Source: Azolla caroliniana (lineage: Eukaryota > Plantae > Polypodiophyta). From it: a stretch of 64,000 nt of DNA. Shown one piece after another: positions 1-11,800 of the stretch. The DNA lies in NCBI GenBank assembly GCA_043228905.1, contig JBHGNT010000009.1:15934001-15998000 (forward strand), written 5' to 3'. Under the pieces are notes generated by a model. The model did no database searches. It was not told the DNA's origin and was given only the letters and a program-made list of their open reading frames with translations. Each line of letters starts with the position of its first letter. Position 1 is the stretch's first letter. The position numbers and the translations under genes were made by a program.

Positions 1-162
1 GCTGCCATGGTTTTTTTCCCCTAGTTTGGGGTTTTCCACGTAAACCTCATGTGTACCTCGTCTCTTCTTTGTGTCGCGTTTTATTTCCCGTTTTTCTGTG
101 TATCATTCTAAGCTCGGTTGCGGCCGAGCGTTGCACATAAGGAACGACCAGTTCCCGTCAAG

Positions 163-174
163 TGGTATCAGAGC
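163..174 (+). promoter_or_regulatory. Primer-binding site (tRNA-iMet) of element A
   Basis: TGGTATCAGAGC 2 nt after LTR end. Confidence 0.95.
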
Positions 175-190
175 AAAATCGACACAGAAA

Positions 191-3100
191 ATGGACGAAT
201 CGTTTGGCGGCATGTTCAAGCTCACCGGCTCCAACTATTCAGTGTGGAAGTCGAAGATGAGGGACATGCTCGTTGTTAAAGACCTCTGGTTGGCGGTTCA
301 GTTCGGGGACAAGAGACCGGACAAAATCGACGCCGCGATATGGGAGGTGATGCACATGAAGACAACGGCATACATACGGTGCTTCATCGACATCAGCCTG
401 TACAACAACTTCAATGAAGAGAGCAAGGCTCATGAGCTCTGGGAGAAGATCGGCAGAATGTTTCAAAACAAAAATGTTGTTAATCAGGTTTCGGTATTCC
501 GGAAGCTAGTAAGACTCCGGTACCAAGATGGCTCCAGCATGGCGGAGCACATGAATGCCTTCAAGGGGCTGATCCACCAGGCAACTTCATTGGAAGTACC
601 TCTCGCCGATGAGGTACTAGCGCTACTCCTACTCGGTTCCCTCCCGGATAGCTGGGAGACGTTGGTTGTCACTTTGGGCAACGCCGGGCCGGAAGGAAAA
701 TGGTTATCCCTGGCAAGAGTAAAGTCGAGCTTGCTAGATGAGGAGGCGCGTCGGAAAGATAAAGATACGAGCTCTGACTCCAAAGTGCTCCTTACCGAAT
801 CGGAACGCGGAAGACAGAGAAACCGTAGTCCCCATAACCGGGAGAAGTCGGGGACACGGTCAAAGTCAAGGGGGAGGCCCACTTGCTTCTATTGCGGCAA
901 GCCGGGACACTTCCAAAAGAACTGTCGGCACTTCCGTAAAGACAAGGAAACGACGGTACCGATTCGAAGCGGACCCCAGACCGGAACGGTAAAGACCAGA
1001 GGGGGCCGGACCGGAAGGGAACGACGGCAATCGCGGCAAGTGAAGAAGAGTTGATGCTCATCACCGAGGAGAGTGAGATAAACCTTGTCGGCGACGAGAC
1101 GACCTGGGTGGTAGACTCCGGAGCGTCGTTCCACCTTACCCCGGACCGAAAATGCTTCTCATTCTACTCAGCCGGTGATCACGGCTGTGTCCGGATGGGG
1201 AATGAAGGTACATGCCGAATTATCGGCATTGGAGACGTGTGGCTGTCAACACCAACCGGATGCAAGTTGCTGCTGAAGGATGTCCGACACGTTCCGGAGG
1301 TTCGTCTGAACCTGATATCAGCCGGTCGGCTAGATGATGAAGGCGGGTAGCATCCGGAACGGTGTCATGAAGTTCAGCAAAGGGAGCCTGATTGTGGCTT
1401 GGGCCAGGAAGGTCAACACATTGTACCTGATGAATGCCCAGTTATGTCCAGAAGAAGTGAACGTGGCATCCGACACTGTCGGTGAGCTGTGGCACAAGAG
1501 ACTGTGTCATATGAGCGAGAAGGGGATGAAGAGGCTTGCAGACGACAACCTCATTCCAGTGAAGAACGTGCACTTGGAGAAGTGCACTGATTGTCTGGCC
1601 GGTAAACAAAACCGAACCTCCTTCCGACCAAGGCCACCGATGAGACGTAATGCACCACTAGAGTTGGTGCATACGGATGTGTGTCAAGTAGACACGAAGT
1701 CACATGCCGGAGCGCAGCACTTCGTGACGTTCATAGATGACCACAGCCGGAAGTTGTGGGCCACACCGCTGAAGACGAAGGATCAGGTGCTATCCGTCTT
1801 CAAAGAGCTCCATGCGAGAGTGGAAAGAGAAACCGGCCGGAAGCTGAAGGTGGTTCGAGCAGATAACGGAGGAGAATACCGGGGGCAATTCGAGGAGTAC
1901 TGCCGCTCGAAGGGAATCCGGCTTGAATTTACCGTGCCGAAGACCCCGGAACTAAACGGACTGGCCGAGAGGATGAACCGGACCATAATGGAGAGGGTCC
2001 GGAGTATGCTAGCGCATGCAAAACTACCCAAGAAGTTTTGGGCTGAGGCATTGTCGACGACGACTTACGTGATAAACAGATCACCCTCAGTACCCTTGGA
2101 CGGAGACACGCCACAGAGAGTATGGACCGGTAAGGAAGTGTCCTACCGGCATCTGAAGGTGTTCGGGTGTCTCGTGTACGTGCACGTAGCAAAGGACCGG
2201 AGAGGAAAGTTAGACCCAAAGACCCGGCCATGCATATTCCTCGGTTACGGTGACGATGAGTTCGGCTACCGAGTGTGGGACCCGGTTGACAAGAAGGTAT
2301 TCCGAAGTCGAGATATTATCTTCATGGAGGACAAGACACTCGCCGACTAGGAGTCGGAGAAGAAGATAATGAACTCTGAGTCGACCGGTAAGGATCGACT
2401 CTACGATGAGCAGACCCAACCGGCGAGAGACCGGTTAGCACTCGAAGAACCAGCCGGATATGGTGAGGATACCGAACCGTCAGAAGAAGAAGTAGAGGAA
2501 GCTGAGACCGGGACCGACCTAGACCCCGAATCGGATTCGGATGAAGAGCAAATGGAGGAGCCAGCTACTGAAGCCCAAAGACGGAGATATCCTCTCAGAG
2601 AGAGAAGGGCCCCCCGGAGATTTCCGGATGCAGAGCATGTGCTGCTGACCGATGAGGGAGAGCCGGAAAGCTTTGAAGAAGCGAAGGATGACACCCACAA
2701 CCGAAAATGGTTAAGTGCCATGCAGGACGAGATGGATTCCCTGCATGAGAACCATACGTACGAATTGGTGGAGTTGCCGAAAGGAAAGCGGGCACTCCGA
2801 AACAAGTGGGTGTACAAGTTGAAACCGGGAGATGTCAGCAACCTTCCGAGATACAAAGCCAGGATCGTGGTGAAGGGGTTCCAGCAGAAGAAGGGCGTGG
2901 ACTTCGACGAGATATTTGCCCCGGTAGTAAAGATGACCTCCATCCGGACGGTGTTGAGTATAGCGGCAACCATGGACCTTGAGGCAGAGCAGCTGGACGT
3001 GAAGACGACATTCCTTCACGGCGACCTCGAAGAGGAGATCTACATGCAACAAACGGAAGGATTTGTGGAGAAAGGGAAGGAGCACATGGTATGCCGGCTG

Positions 3101-4231
3101 AAGAAGAGCCTGTACGGACTAAAGCAGGCTCCCCGACAATGGTACCGGAAGTTCGATTCCTTCATGACCGATCAAGGGTACCACAAGACGCAGGCCGATC
3201 ACTGCGTGTTTGTGAAGAAGTTCGAAGGAGGCGACTTCTTGATACTCCTCTTGTACGTGGATGACATGTTGATCGTCGGACGTGACCAAGTCCAAATACG
3301 GATGCTGAAGAAGGCTCTCAACCGGACCTTCTCAATGAAAGACTTGGGTCCGGCAAGACAGATGTTGGGGATGCACATCATTCGGGACCGGTCAAAGAAA
3401 CAATTATGGTTGTCACAGGAGAAGTACGTAACAAAGGTGCTTCACCGGTTCAACATGTCAGAAGCGAAACCAGTCGGATCGACAATTCCGGCAAACTGCA
3501 GGCTATCCGTTAAGCAAAGCCCGAAGACGAAAGCAGAGAAGGCGGATATGATGAAGATTCCATATGCCTCTGCCGTCGGGAGCTTGATGTACGCAATGGT
3601 CTGTACCCGACCGGATATAGGATACGCAGTCGGAGTGGTGAGCCGGTTTATGAGCAATCCCGACAAGGAGCACTGGAATGTTGTCAAATGGATACTCTGG
3701 TATTTGAAGGGCACTTCAAATATGTGTCTCCGATTCGGCTCCGGAAAACCTCAACTTGACGGTTTCACCGATTCGGACATGTCGGCTGATGTGGATACCA
3801 GCCGGTCTACATCCGGGTATGTAATGACATATGCAGGGGGAGCTGTTTCGTGGCAGTCGAGGCTGCAAAAGACGGTTGCACTGTCAACCACGGAGGCAGA
3901 GTACATGGCGGCTGTGGAAGCCGACAAGGAACTATTATGGATGAAGGACTTCATCGGAGAGCTCGGTATTTGGCAAGATGAATACCGGCTCTATTGCGAC
4001 AGTCAAAGTGCCATCCACCTTGCTAAGAATGCGGCCTACCATTCCCGGACGAAGCATATCCAGCGAAGGTATCACTGAATCCGGGAAAGAGTAGATGACC
4101 AGGAGTTCGCACTGTCGAAGATCCACACGGCCAAGAACGGGTCAGATATGCTGACCAAAGTTCTGATACCCGACAAGCATGATGCATGCTGGAAGCGGAT
4201 CGGACTGGTAAGACACCCCATGCCGGAGTGA
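191..4231 (+). pseudogene. gag-pol: Copia gag-pol polyprotein of A, disrupted
   Basis: CFYCGKPGHFQKNC knuckle, WVVDSGAS protease, HTDVC/RADNGGEY integrase, LYVDDM RT, FTDSD RNase H; frameshifts near 950 and 1345; TGG>TAG at 2348 and TGG>TGA at 4076 relative to F/G. Confidence 0.93.
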
Positions 4232-4241
4232 AGGGGGAGTT

Positions 4242-4919
4242 TGGTGGGAGACAGGTCCCTCCGGATGGGAAGGGAGAAGAACAGTGCCGAAACCGGAAGA
4301 GGAATACCCGGCTACGGAGAACCGGATGGTGCAGACCCGGTGTGAACCGGATGAGGAGTACCCGGCTACGGAGAGCCGGATGGTGCAGACCCGGTGAGAA
4401 CCAGAAGAGGAGTACCCGGCTACGGAGAGCCGGATGGTGCAGACCCGGTGAGAACCGGAGGAAGAGACATATTCGTAAATATGTTTCTAAGAGCCCATCA
4501 AGACTATATTTGTAAATAGCTGAAAAGTCATATTAGTATAAATATGACTTAGGGCAAACTTTTAGTAGTTGTTGTTGTTGTCATTCTTGTTGGTGTAAGA
4601 ATAGAGAGTGTGCGTAACTGTACAGAGAGAGAGAGAGAGAGAGAGGTCATTGCCTCTGTTGTAACCGCTGCCTGTGGCGAAGATCTGTGAGCACGAGGTC
4701 GGTGCCTCAGTGAACTCATTGTTGTACATTCCATCATAGTGATAGTTTGCAGCCTGTGGGCTATTGTGGTTTTTTTCCCCTAGTTTGGGGTTTTCCACGT
4801 AAACCTCTTGTGTACCTCGTCTCTTCTTTGTGTTGCGTTTTATTTCCCGTTTTTCTATGTATCATTCTAAGCTCGGTTGCGGCCGAGCGTTGCGCATAAG
4901 GAACGACCAGTTCCTATCA
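4242..4919 (+). repeat. 3' LTR of A with ~54-bp CCGG-rich tandem repeats (x3, ~4290-4460) and a (GA)n tract
   Basis: Follows PPT; its 3' end matches positions 1-160. Confidence 0.9.
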
Positions 4920-5619
4920 GGAATGACATCCCACATCTCGTTCTTGCGGAGTGCCTGCATCTCCTCGTTCATGGCTTCGATCCATCGCGGATCCTTGGGT
5001 GCTTCGGAAAATGTTTCCGGCTCGCGTACTGTCGCCACCTTCATCATAAATGCATAGTGATATGCCATGTAGTCGTTGTAGCCGAATCGGCTGACCGGAT
5101 TCTTTTCACAGGTGGAGCGGCAGAGCTTTTCATTTGTAGAGATGAGGGCTTTCTTAGCTCCGATTGGTACATGGAAGCCGCCAAACTCACTGTCAAGTGA
5201 GTGAGTCAACTCATCGTCGTTGAAGTGATCGTCTGCATATTCTGCCATTTTTACCTTGCCTTTGTCCATCTTCAGGCTAGGCCGTGATGTGCTTTGATCG
5301 CTCAAAGGCTCTTGTGGTCCGCTCAGTCGGGTCCTGATAAGACTTTCTTCGAACATGCGCGTAAGGCGATCTTCATCCTCTAGCTCTTGTTCGGCAGATT
5401 TCGGGTCGAACGGAGTCGGGGTCGGAGTTGCCTCTGGTGCGTACCAGGATGCGGACTCGTCAAAAACGACGTCTCGACTTACGCGAAATTTTCGAGTTGA
5501 GGGATTCTAGCATTTGTACCCCTTTTCCTTTTGCTCCAATGAGTATCGTACGAGGATACATTTCTCCGACTTCAGATCAAGCTTTTGACGCTTCTCGTCG
5601 GGGATGTGCACGTACGCTA

Positions 5620-6076
5620 TGTCATGTGTATACAAAACTCAATAAGCTTTATGGTGATTCGAACCCATGACCTCCTCAAAGAAGGCATACAACCCCATCC
5701 ATTAGGATACATCATATTGTATATATTAAATAATAAATTCTATTATATCAATAGGAAATACATCTAATAATATTATTGAAATTTTGCCACCTTGCATAGG
5801 CTAACGCATGATTGCTAAGGGGCATGCTTGCATGAATGCCAATTGGTGATCATGCGTGCCTATGAGGTGGCGAGCATGCATGTATCCAAACCATGCTATA
5901 TAAACATGTATTTGACTATTGATGAACCATTCTGGTTCAACGCCAGTCTTCGGCATATTCCTGTAAACATTGCTCTCGTTGTTAATACATTATGAAATTC
6001 TTCTTATCTCTCTCATATCTTTCGCTTCTCATTCTCTTCTTCATTTTAAAACTCGTTCCTAACTTTGGCCCTGACA
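5620..6076 (+). repeat. 5' LTR of C, with TATATAAA at 5897-5904
   Basis: TGTCA..TGACA; direct repeat of 39204-39660. Confidence 0.96.
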
Positions 6077-6116
6077 GTTTGAACCAGAATTTTCCTACCT
6101 TCTCTCTTTCTTCCTT

Positions 6117-6117
<1 letters not shown>

Positions 6118-6158
<41 letters not shown>
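6118..6158 (+). repeat. (CT)n microsatellite in the leader of C
   Basis: About 20 CT units. Confidence 0.95.
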
Positions 6159-6162
<4 letters not shown>

Positions 6163-6226
6163 TGTCTTTCACTCTCTTCTCCTTCCTTCCTTCTCCTTGA
6201 AAATCTTGCCAAACGTTATCCTCTCC

Positions 6227-7362
6227 ATGGAGTAAGGTAACAAGCAAGAGTATGTTCGAGTCGTCTCTGAACTAGAGCATCTTGCAAATAAGTTTGTGGC
6301 GTTAGAACAAGAGAATCAACGATTGCTTGGAGATTTGCAACAAGTAAGCATAGAAAAGGTACAACAATATGATGAGTTATCGACATGCGTATTGCAACTC
6401 GAAACAACATTGCGGTCTCTTCATCAACAAGCTTCAATGCAACAAACCTCTCCCAAAGAACCGAAGATTTGTTTGCCTGGGAAGTTCGATGGTAATCGAT
6501 CACAGTTTCGAGGGTTTCTAAACCAAGTACGTCTAGTAATTCATATGCACCCTAATAGGTATCCGACTGATGCAGCTCAAGTTGGAGTAGTTGGGACCCT
6601 CTTAACAGGAACTACATTAGCGTGGTTTGCACCACTGCTAGAAAAGAAGTCTCCTCTTCTCCAAGACTTTGAAGGTTTTATTAGAGAATTTCAAGCAAAC
6701 TTTGGAGACACTGATAGTGTTAGAACAACGATTAACAAGATTCGAAGACTTCGTCAAGGGGCCGTCCTGCCTCTGCCTATGCCACAGATTTCCGCCTCCT
6801 AGCTTGTGATATTCCATGGGATGAAGAAGCCTTAATGGATCAATTTCTCTATGGACTAAGAAATGATGTAAAGGATTTGCAATTAACTTTTCATGAAGAT
6901 CCAAGATCACTTACAGAAGCGATAAGTCGTGCAGTGCGATGTGACAACCGCTTATTCGAGCGACGTTCGGAGCGTCAATTAATATCACGACCAAGAACGG
7001 ATCAAACATATGCTTCGGTAGTAACCTCGACACCTACAAGCACTACCCAAACTTCACACATGATTCCATCAGGTGGTCCAAATCCAATGGAGATCGATGT
7101 AACACGTCGTCGAGGGCCTTTATCTGAAGCTGAGAAGCAAAGACGTTAAGCAAACCGTCTATGTTTGTATTGTGGTGGTCCAGGACACATCGCGATCACA
7201 TGCCCACATAGGCTAAAACGACAAGTAAATCAAGTAAGTATTAGTGAGAATCTTCATTCCAATTCTCCAGTTAGATCGTCTAGCCCTAGTGGTCCCACAT
7301 GTCATGGTCAGTCCAATAGTTTTGACGTCTTGAGTCAACTTGATGAAATATTAAACGATTAA
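6227..7362 (+). pseudogene. gag: Gag of C (sushi/PEG10-type capsid plus CCHC), disrupted
   Basis: PKICLPGKFDGNRSQFRGFL, QFLYGLRNDVKD, PNPMEID, CLYCGGPGHIAITC; stops at 6233 and 7147, frameshift ~6760. Confidence 0.9.
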
Positions 7363-8895
7363 GTCCAACCAAAATCGGAGTCATTTGGTTGGACAATCCT
7401 GAATACGTAAAGTTGTTACCGGCCGGCAAAGGAGTCCAGAGTGGGAAACGGAGAGCTAATTAAGTAGTAGGAATGTGGTTGTAATTAAGCTATGAGTGTG
7501 GACGGACGGACCGGAATCGGTATGCCATTCCGGATCCGGACCGATCCCGAACAGGTGCGGATGGCACCGTTTTGTAATACAGACCGGAAACCTATTTAAA
7601 GGCCCGGATACAATGTAATAGTTAGCGGTTAATTAATGAAAGCTTAAGCGTTGTTATATCTCTGTGTTAATTGCCGTTCTGTCTTAATTGTTATATCTTA
7701 CGCGTGTTATGAAGACGATCCTAATAAGTAACTTGATTAAGTCGGATTAAGTGTTGAAGTCTAATCCGGTTGCCATAACACCCTTTGGTGAAGTGTCTCC
7801 CGTAGACACCCTGTGTTAGGCCATTGTCCGGCCCGAAGAGTTAACACAGTTTTTGGCGACCACGATTCCTGTTTTTGCAACGAACGACGGCACGGATGGA
7901 TGTCTAGATCAACGCACGACCTGGTTACAGATCGAACTCGACGCCTTGCCGAAAGGCAAAGGAGACGTGAGGCTTTCCAGCAAGCGGCGCAGGAAATTAG
8001 AGCGGATCGCTCGTTTTCCAACGTAATCCGGAGAGTAGCGGAGGACTCCCTCTGGTTACAGCAAACATCGCACCCGGACGACGGCAGTAGCCTAAGCAGC
8101 CTCTGGGAAACCGAATCCCTTCTCCACGCTGTCGGGGTTGCTACGCCCTTGCGTGCAGAAAGGAGGAGGGACCACGAGGGTCTTGGACCGAAGAGCAAGA
8201 GAGAGCGGAGTAAGAGAGAGACCCGATTACACAGAACCGAAGATTGCACAGGGACACGGCCCAACAAACAGAGATCACAAATAAACGCCGACGCAGATGG
8301 ACGCAACAACGAAAGATATGTACTTATGAATGCAAGAAAATAACAGACTAAAGTATTACAACCCACGGTGGGGCACGGAATAGATACTAACGAAAACGAA
8401 CAGGGCGGCGAACAGATGCCGACCCCTGTACGTCGCGACGCACAGGAAGGGAAAACAGGTCGGAGGTGCTGCAGGACGCACTCGGGGCGTTCCACGGAAC
8501 AGCGCAAGCCTCCTCGAAACCTGCACAGGTACGCGATGGAGCAGAAGACAGAGAAAGCAGGAGTGAGAGAGGAGCTCCGAAATCGGTTCGGCAGCACTTC
8601 GTCCTCTCCGCGCGAGATCCCCCACTTCTATTCTTCCTCTTCCTTTTATATCCCGTCAAGAGGCCGTTTGGCATTAACTGCATACCAACCGAATCTACCC
8701 ACCTAGGATCCTCGTATGTACCTACTTCGCCCTTAGGTACTTCTTGGCGCGTGTGTGCGTGTAGAGCCGTTTCCCCACGCCTTGTTCCTCTGATTCCTCT
8801 TGTGGGCGGTTTTCTTCACGACATCCGCCCCCACCTAACCGCGCATCCACCGGCATGCGCCAAATTAAGTTGGCACGGAGAAAACCGGCCCGCCT

Positions 8896-11800
8896 TTACT
8901 CTTCGCCTGCCGGCCCTTCCTCGGCCTCGGATCGGTCGTCGCTGCTGTCCAGGAGGATCGGGTCGGGTTCGTCGTCGTGCCGCTTCTTGAAAGCTTTGAT
9001 CCTCTTCCCGGCCACGGGTATCGCTATTCTCGTACCGTCGAGTTCCGCCAGATGATACGTCCCGTTTTCGTTGGCGCTCTGTACCGTGTACGGCCCGAAC
9101 CATCTCCGTGCGAACTTCCGCGTTGATCGGTGCTGGTTGTCGAGGCTGCTGTCGTAGACGAGCACCCAGTCACCTTGTTCGATCTTCTTCGGTCGGAGTC
9201 GGTGCGTTCGGTCGAACCTGGCCTTGTTCTTTATCCTCGCCACTCGGATCCTTTCTGCAGCCGTCTCCACGTCCTCCGGTCTCCGTTCGAGTTGTCGTAT
9301 ACGCGCTGCCAACAAGTCCTCCCGGCTCATCTCGTCCCTCCAGTCGACCGTTGCCCATGAGGAGATTGTTCGTTCCATCGGCATGATCGGCTTCTGGCCG
9401 AACATGAGCTCTGTCGGCATGTACCCGGTTACCGAACTGTGCGTAGTCCGGTCGGCCCACAAAGCATAAGGTAGAAGTCGCGGCCAGTTACCGACTTGGC
9501 CCCCGCATGCCCGAACCAGCGCTTTAACGATCGGCCCGTGTCCGCGCTCCACCTTCCCATTCGCCTCCGGGTTGTACGCAGTGGTGAGCGAGAGTTTGAC
9601 TCCCAGCCGATCGAACAGCTCCGCGGCTTCCTCGGCGTCCAACTCCCCTCGGTCAGCCACGATCTTCCCGACGCACCCGTACCGGCATATCACGTCCTCG
9701 ATCAGGAACCGACACACGGCCGCGGTCGTCTTGTTCTGAAGGGCTCGGCCTTCCACCTGGTTCGTCAGGTCTTCCCGCGCTAGGACCAGATACCGCATCT
9801 GTCCTACCCCCATCGGCATCGTCACTAGATCTACCATCCATTTGAAGTGGATAGTCGGAGGGTACGTAGGGCGAAGCCCGTCCCGGTGTCGGACTATCGA
9901 GTGCATCTGACAACTCTCGCAAGTCGACACGAACCGATGCACGTCCCGGTACAATCCCGGCCACCAGTACTTCCCCTTCAGCTTCTCAAATGTCGCCCAC
10001 GTTCCACGGTGTCCAGCCCAAGGGCTGCCGTGGTAGGCCGCCAGTAGCTCCTCCTGTTCTTCCTTCATCGCCACCACCCGGAGCGGGACGCCGTTCCTCT
10101 TCTTCGGGTGCTTCCACAAATGCCCACCTCGGAGAAAGAATCGATATGCTTTCTTCCGGATCCGGTTGGCCTCGTCCTTCGTCCATGACGCATCAGGCGT
10201 CATTGTCTTCAAAAACCCGCCGATCTGCAGCCACTCCCCGTCGTACTTGCTCGCGTCGAACTCGTTAAGTGCCGGGGTGCTCATCCCGTCGGTCGTTATG
10301 TATGCCGCCTCGAAGAAATCCACGCCGACTTCTTCGTCTTCCGAAACCATGCCGTCCTCGTCGTCGAACCTCGCCCTCGAAAGCATGTCGGCCATGGCGT
10401 TGTTTTTCCCGGAAATGTGTCGTATTTCCGGGTCCAGGGACTTGATGTACGCTATCCACCTGAGCATCGCCAGGTCCGGAGTCGCGCATCCGGAAACCAT
10501 ACCGAGAATCGGCAGGCAATCCGTCTCGATGATCACTGCTGTCCCTATCAGGTAGTCTTTGTCGGCCTTAACCGCCGAAACAATACCCCAGAGTTCGCGT
10601 TTAACCTGGGCGTATCCTCGCTGCCGTTCACTGAGGACTTTCGCGCCGAATCGGATCGGAAACCGATTGCCATCCTCGTCTTCCTGGTTCACGACCCATC
10701 CGATCCCGGTCGGACTGGTATCCACCGTTATGAATACCGGGGTACCCTTCCCGTATACCGCCTTCCGGAGTGCCGGTGCCGCTGCAAGGGCCTCTTTTAG
10801 CTTCCGGACCGATTCCGCGTGCTCGTCTAGCCATTCGAACCTTCGCCCCTTTTTCAGCAACCCGTACAGTGGCTCCGCGACGTGTGCGTAATGCGGGATC
10901 CATATGTGGTAGAACGCGCATGCCCCCAGGAATCTCCGTACTTCCGTGACCGAGCTGCAGTCGGGCTTCATCGCGGAGACGGCTTCTATCTTTGCCGGAG
11001 ACGGTTTCCGGCCATATGGTCCACATAAATGTCCGACCACCATGATTTCCGACTGCCCGAATGCTGACTTCTCCCCCGAGAAGGTGAGCCTCGCATCCTC
11101 TAGCCTTTGTAGCACCTTCTCGCAGTCGTCGATGTGCGTTACCACGAATCGCCGGCATCCGTCCGGCCCGATCGTCTCGTCCTTTTCTTCCACCGGGCAT
11201 CCCTTGATCGGGATGTCGTCCAGAAACGGCATGGTGACGTCCGGGATACAGTCCCTCAGAACCTTGTTCATCGCATTCACCATGTGGGCCACCGAGTTGG
11301 TCCCTCCTTGCGGCAGTGTACACATCCGAACTAGGCCGAGGGGAGTTCGCATCGTCGTAATGTCTCTGCTCTCCACGGCTAGCTGGAACTGGTCGTACCC
11401 TGAGTATAGATCCCCGACCGAGTAAATTGACCTTCCGGCGAAGGCCTCCGCGAACTCGTCTATGGTCGGTCCGATCCCTGCGTTCCGAATGGTCACTCGA
11501 TTGACCGGCTGCAGGTCCTGGATGAAGCGCAACGAACCGTTTTTCTTCGGTACGGTAAACCATCGATTCGAATATGGGGCGCTCGACGGCTCGAGAATTC
11601 CCATATCAACTTTCTGCCTCAGCAGCTCCATCAACTTCGGGATGTGAGCTCTCGGAACCGGGATTGGCTTGAGATTCCATGGTACATGCGGTACCGTGAA
11701 TATCACCATCGGCTCCACGATCGTCGGGTCAACGCACCCGATTTCCTCCGGCGAGAATGCGAAGGCTTTCCCGTGCCTTCCGAGCATTCTCCGAAACCGG

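Larger units (their letters stand above)
1..4919 (+). mobile_element. Element A: Ty1/Copia LTR retrotransposon (Tork/Tnt1-like), degenerate; 5' LTR truncated by window edge; inserted into element B
   Basis: 5' LTR tail 1-160 (ends CA) repeats at ~4760-4919; PBS TGGTATCAGAGC 163-174; PPT AAGGGGGAG 4231-4239; 3' LTR 4242-4919 (TG..CA); domain order Gag-PR-IN-RT-RH. Confidence 0.95.

Noticed and set aside
6227-7362. Domesticated PEG10/RTL-like gene
   Set aside because: Contains stops and a frameshift and lies within a complete LTR element with TSD
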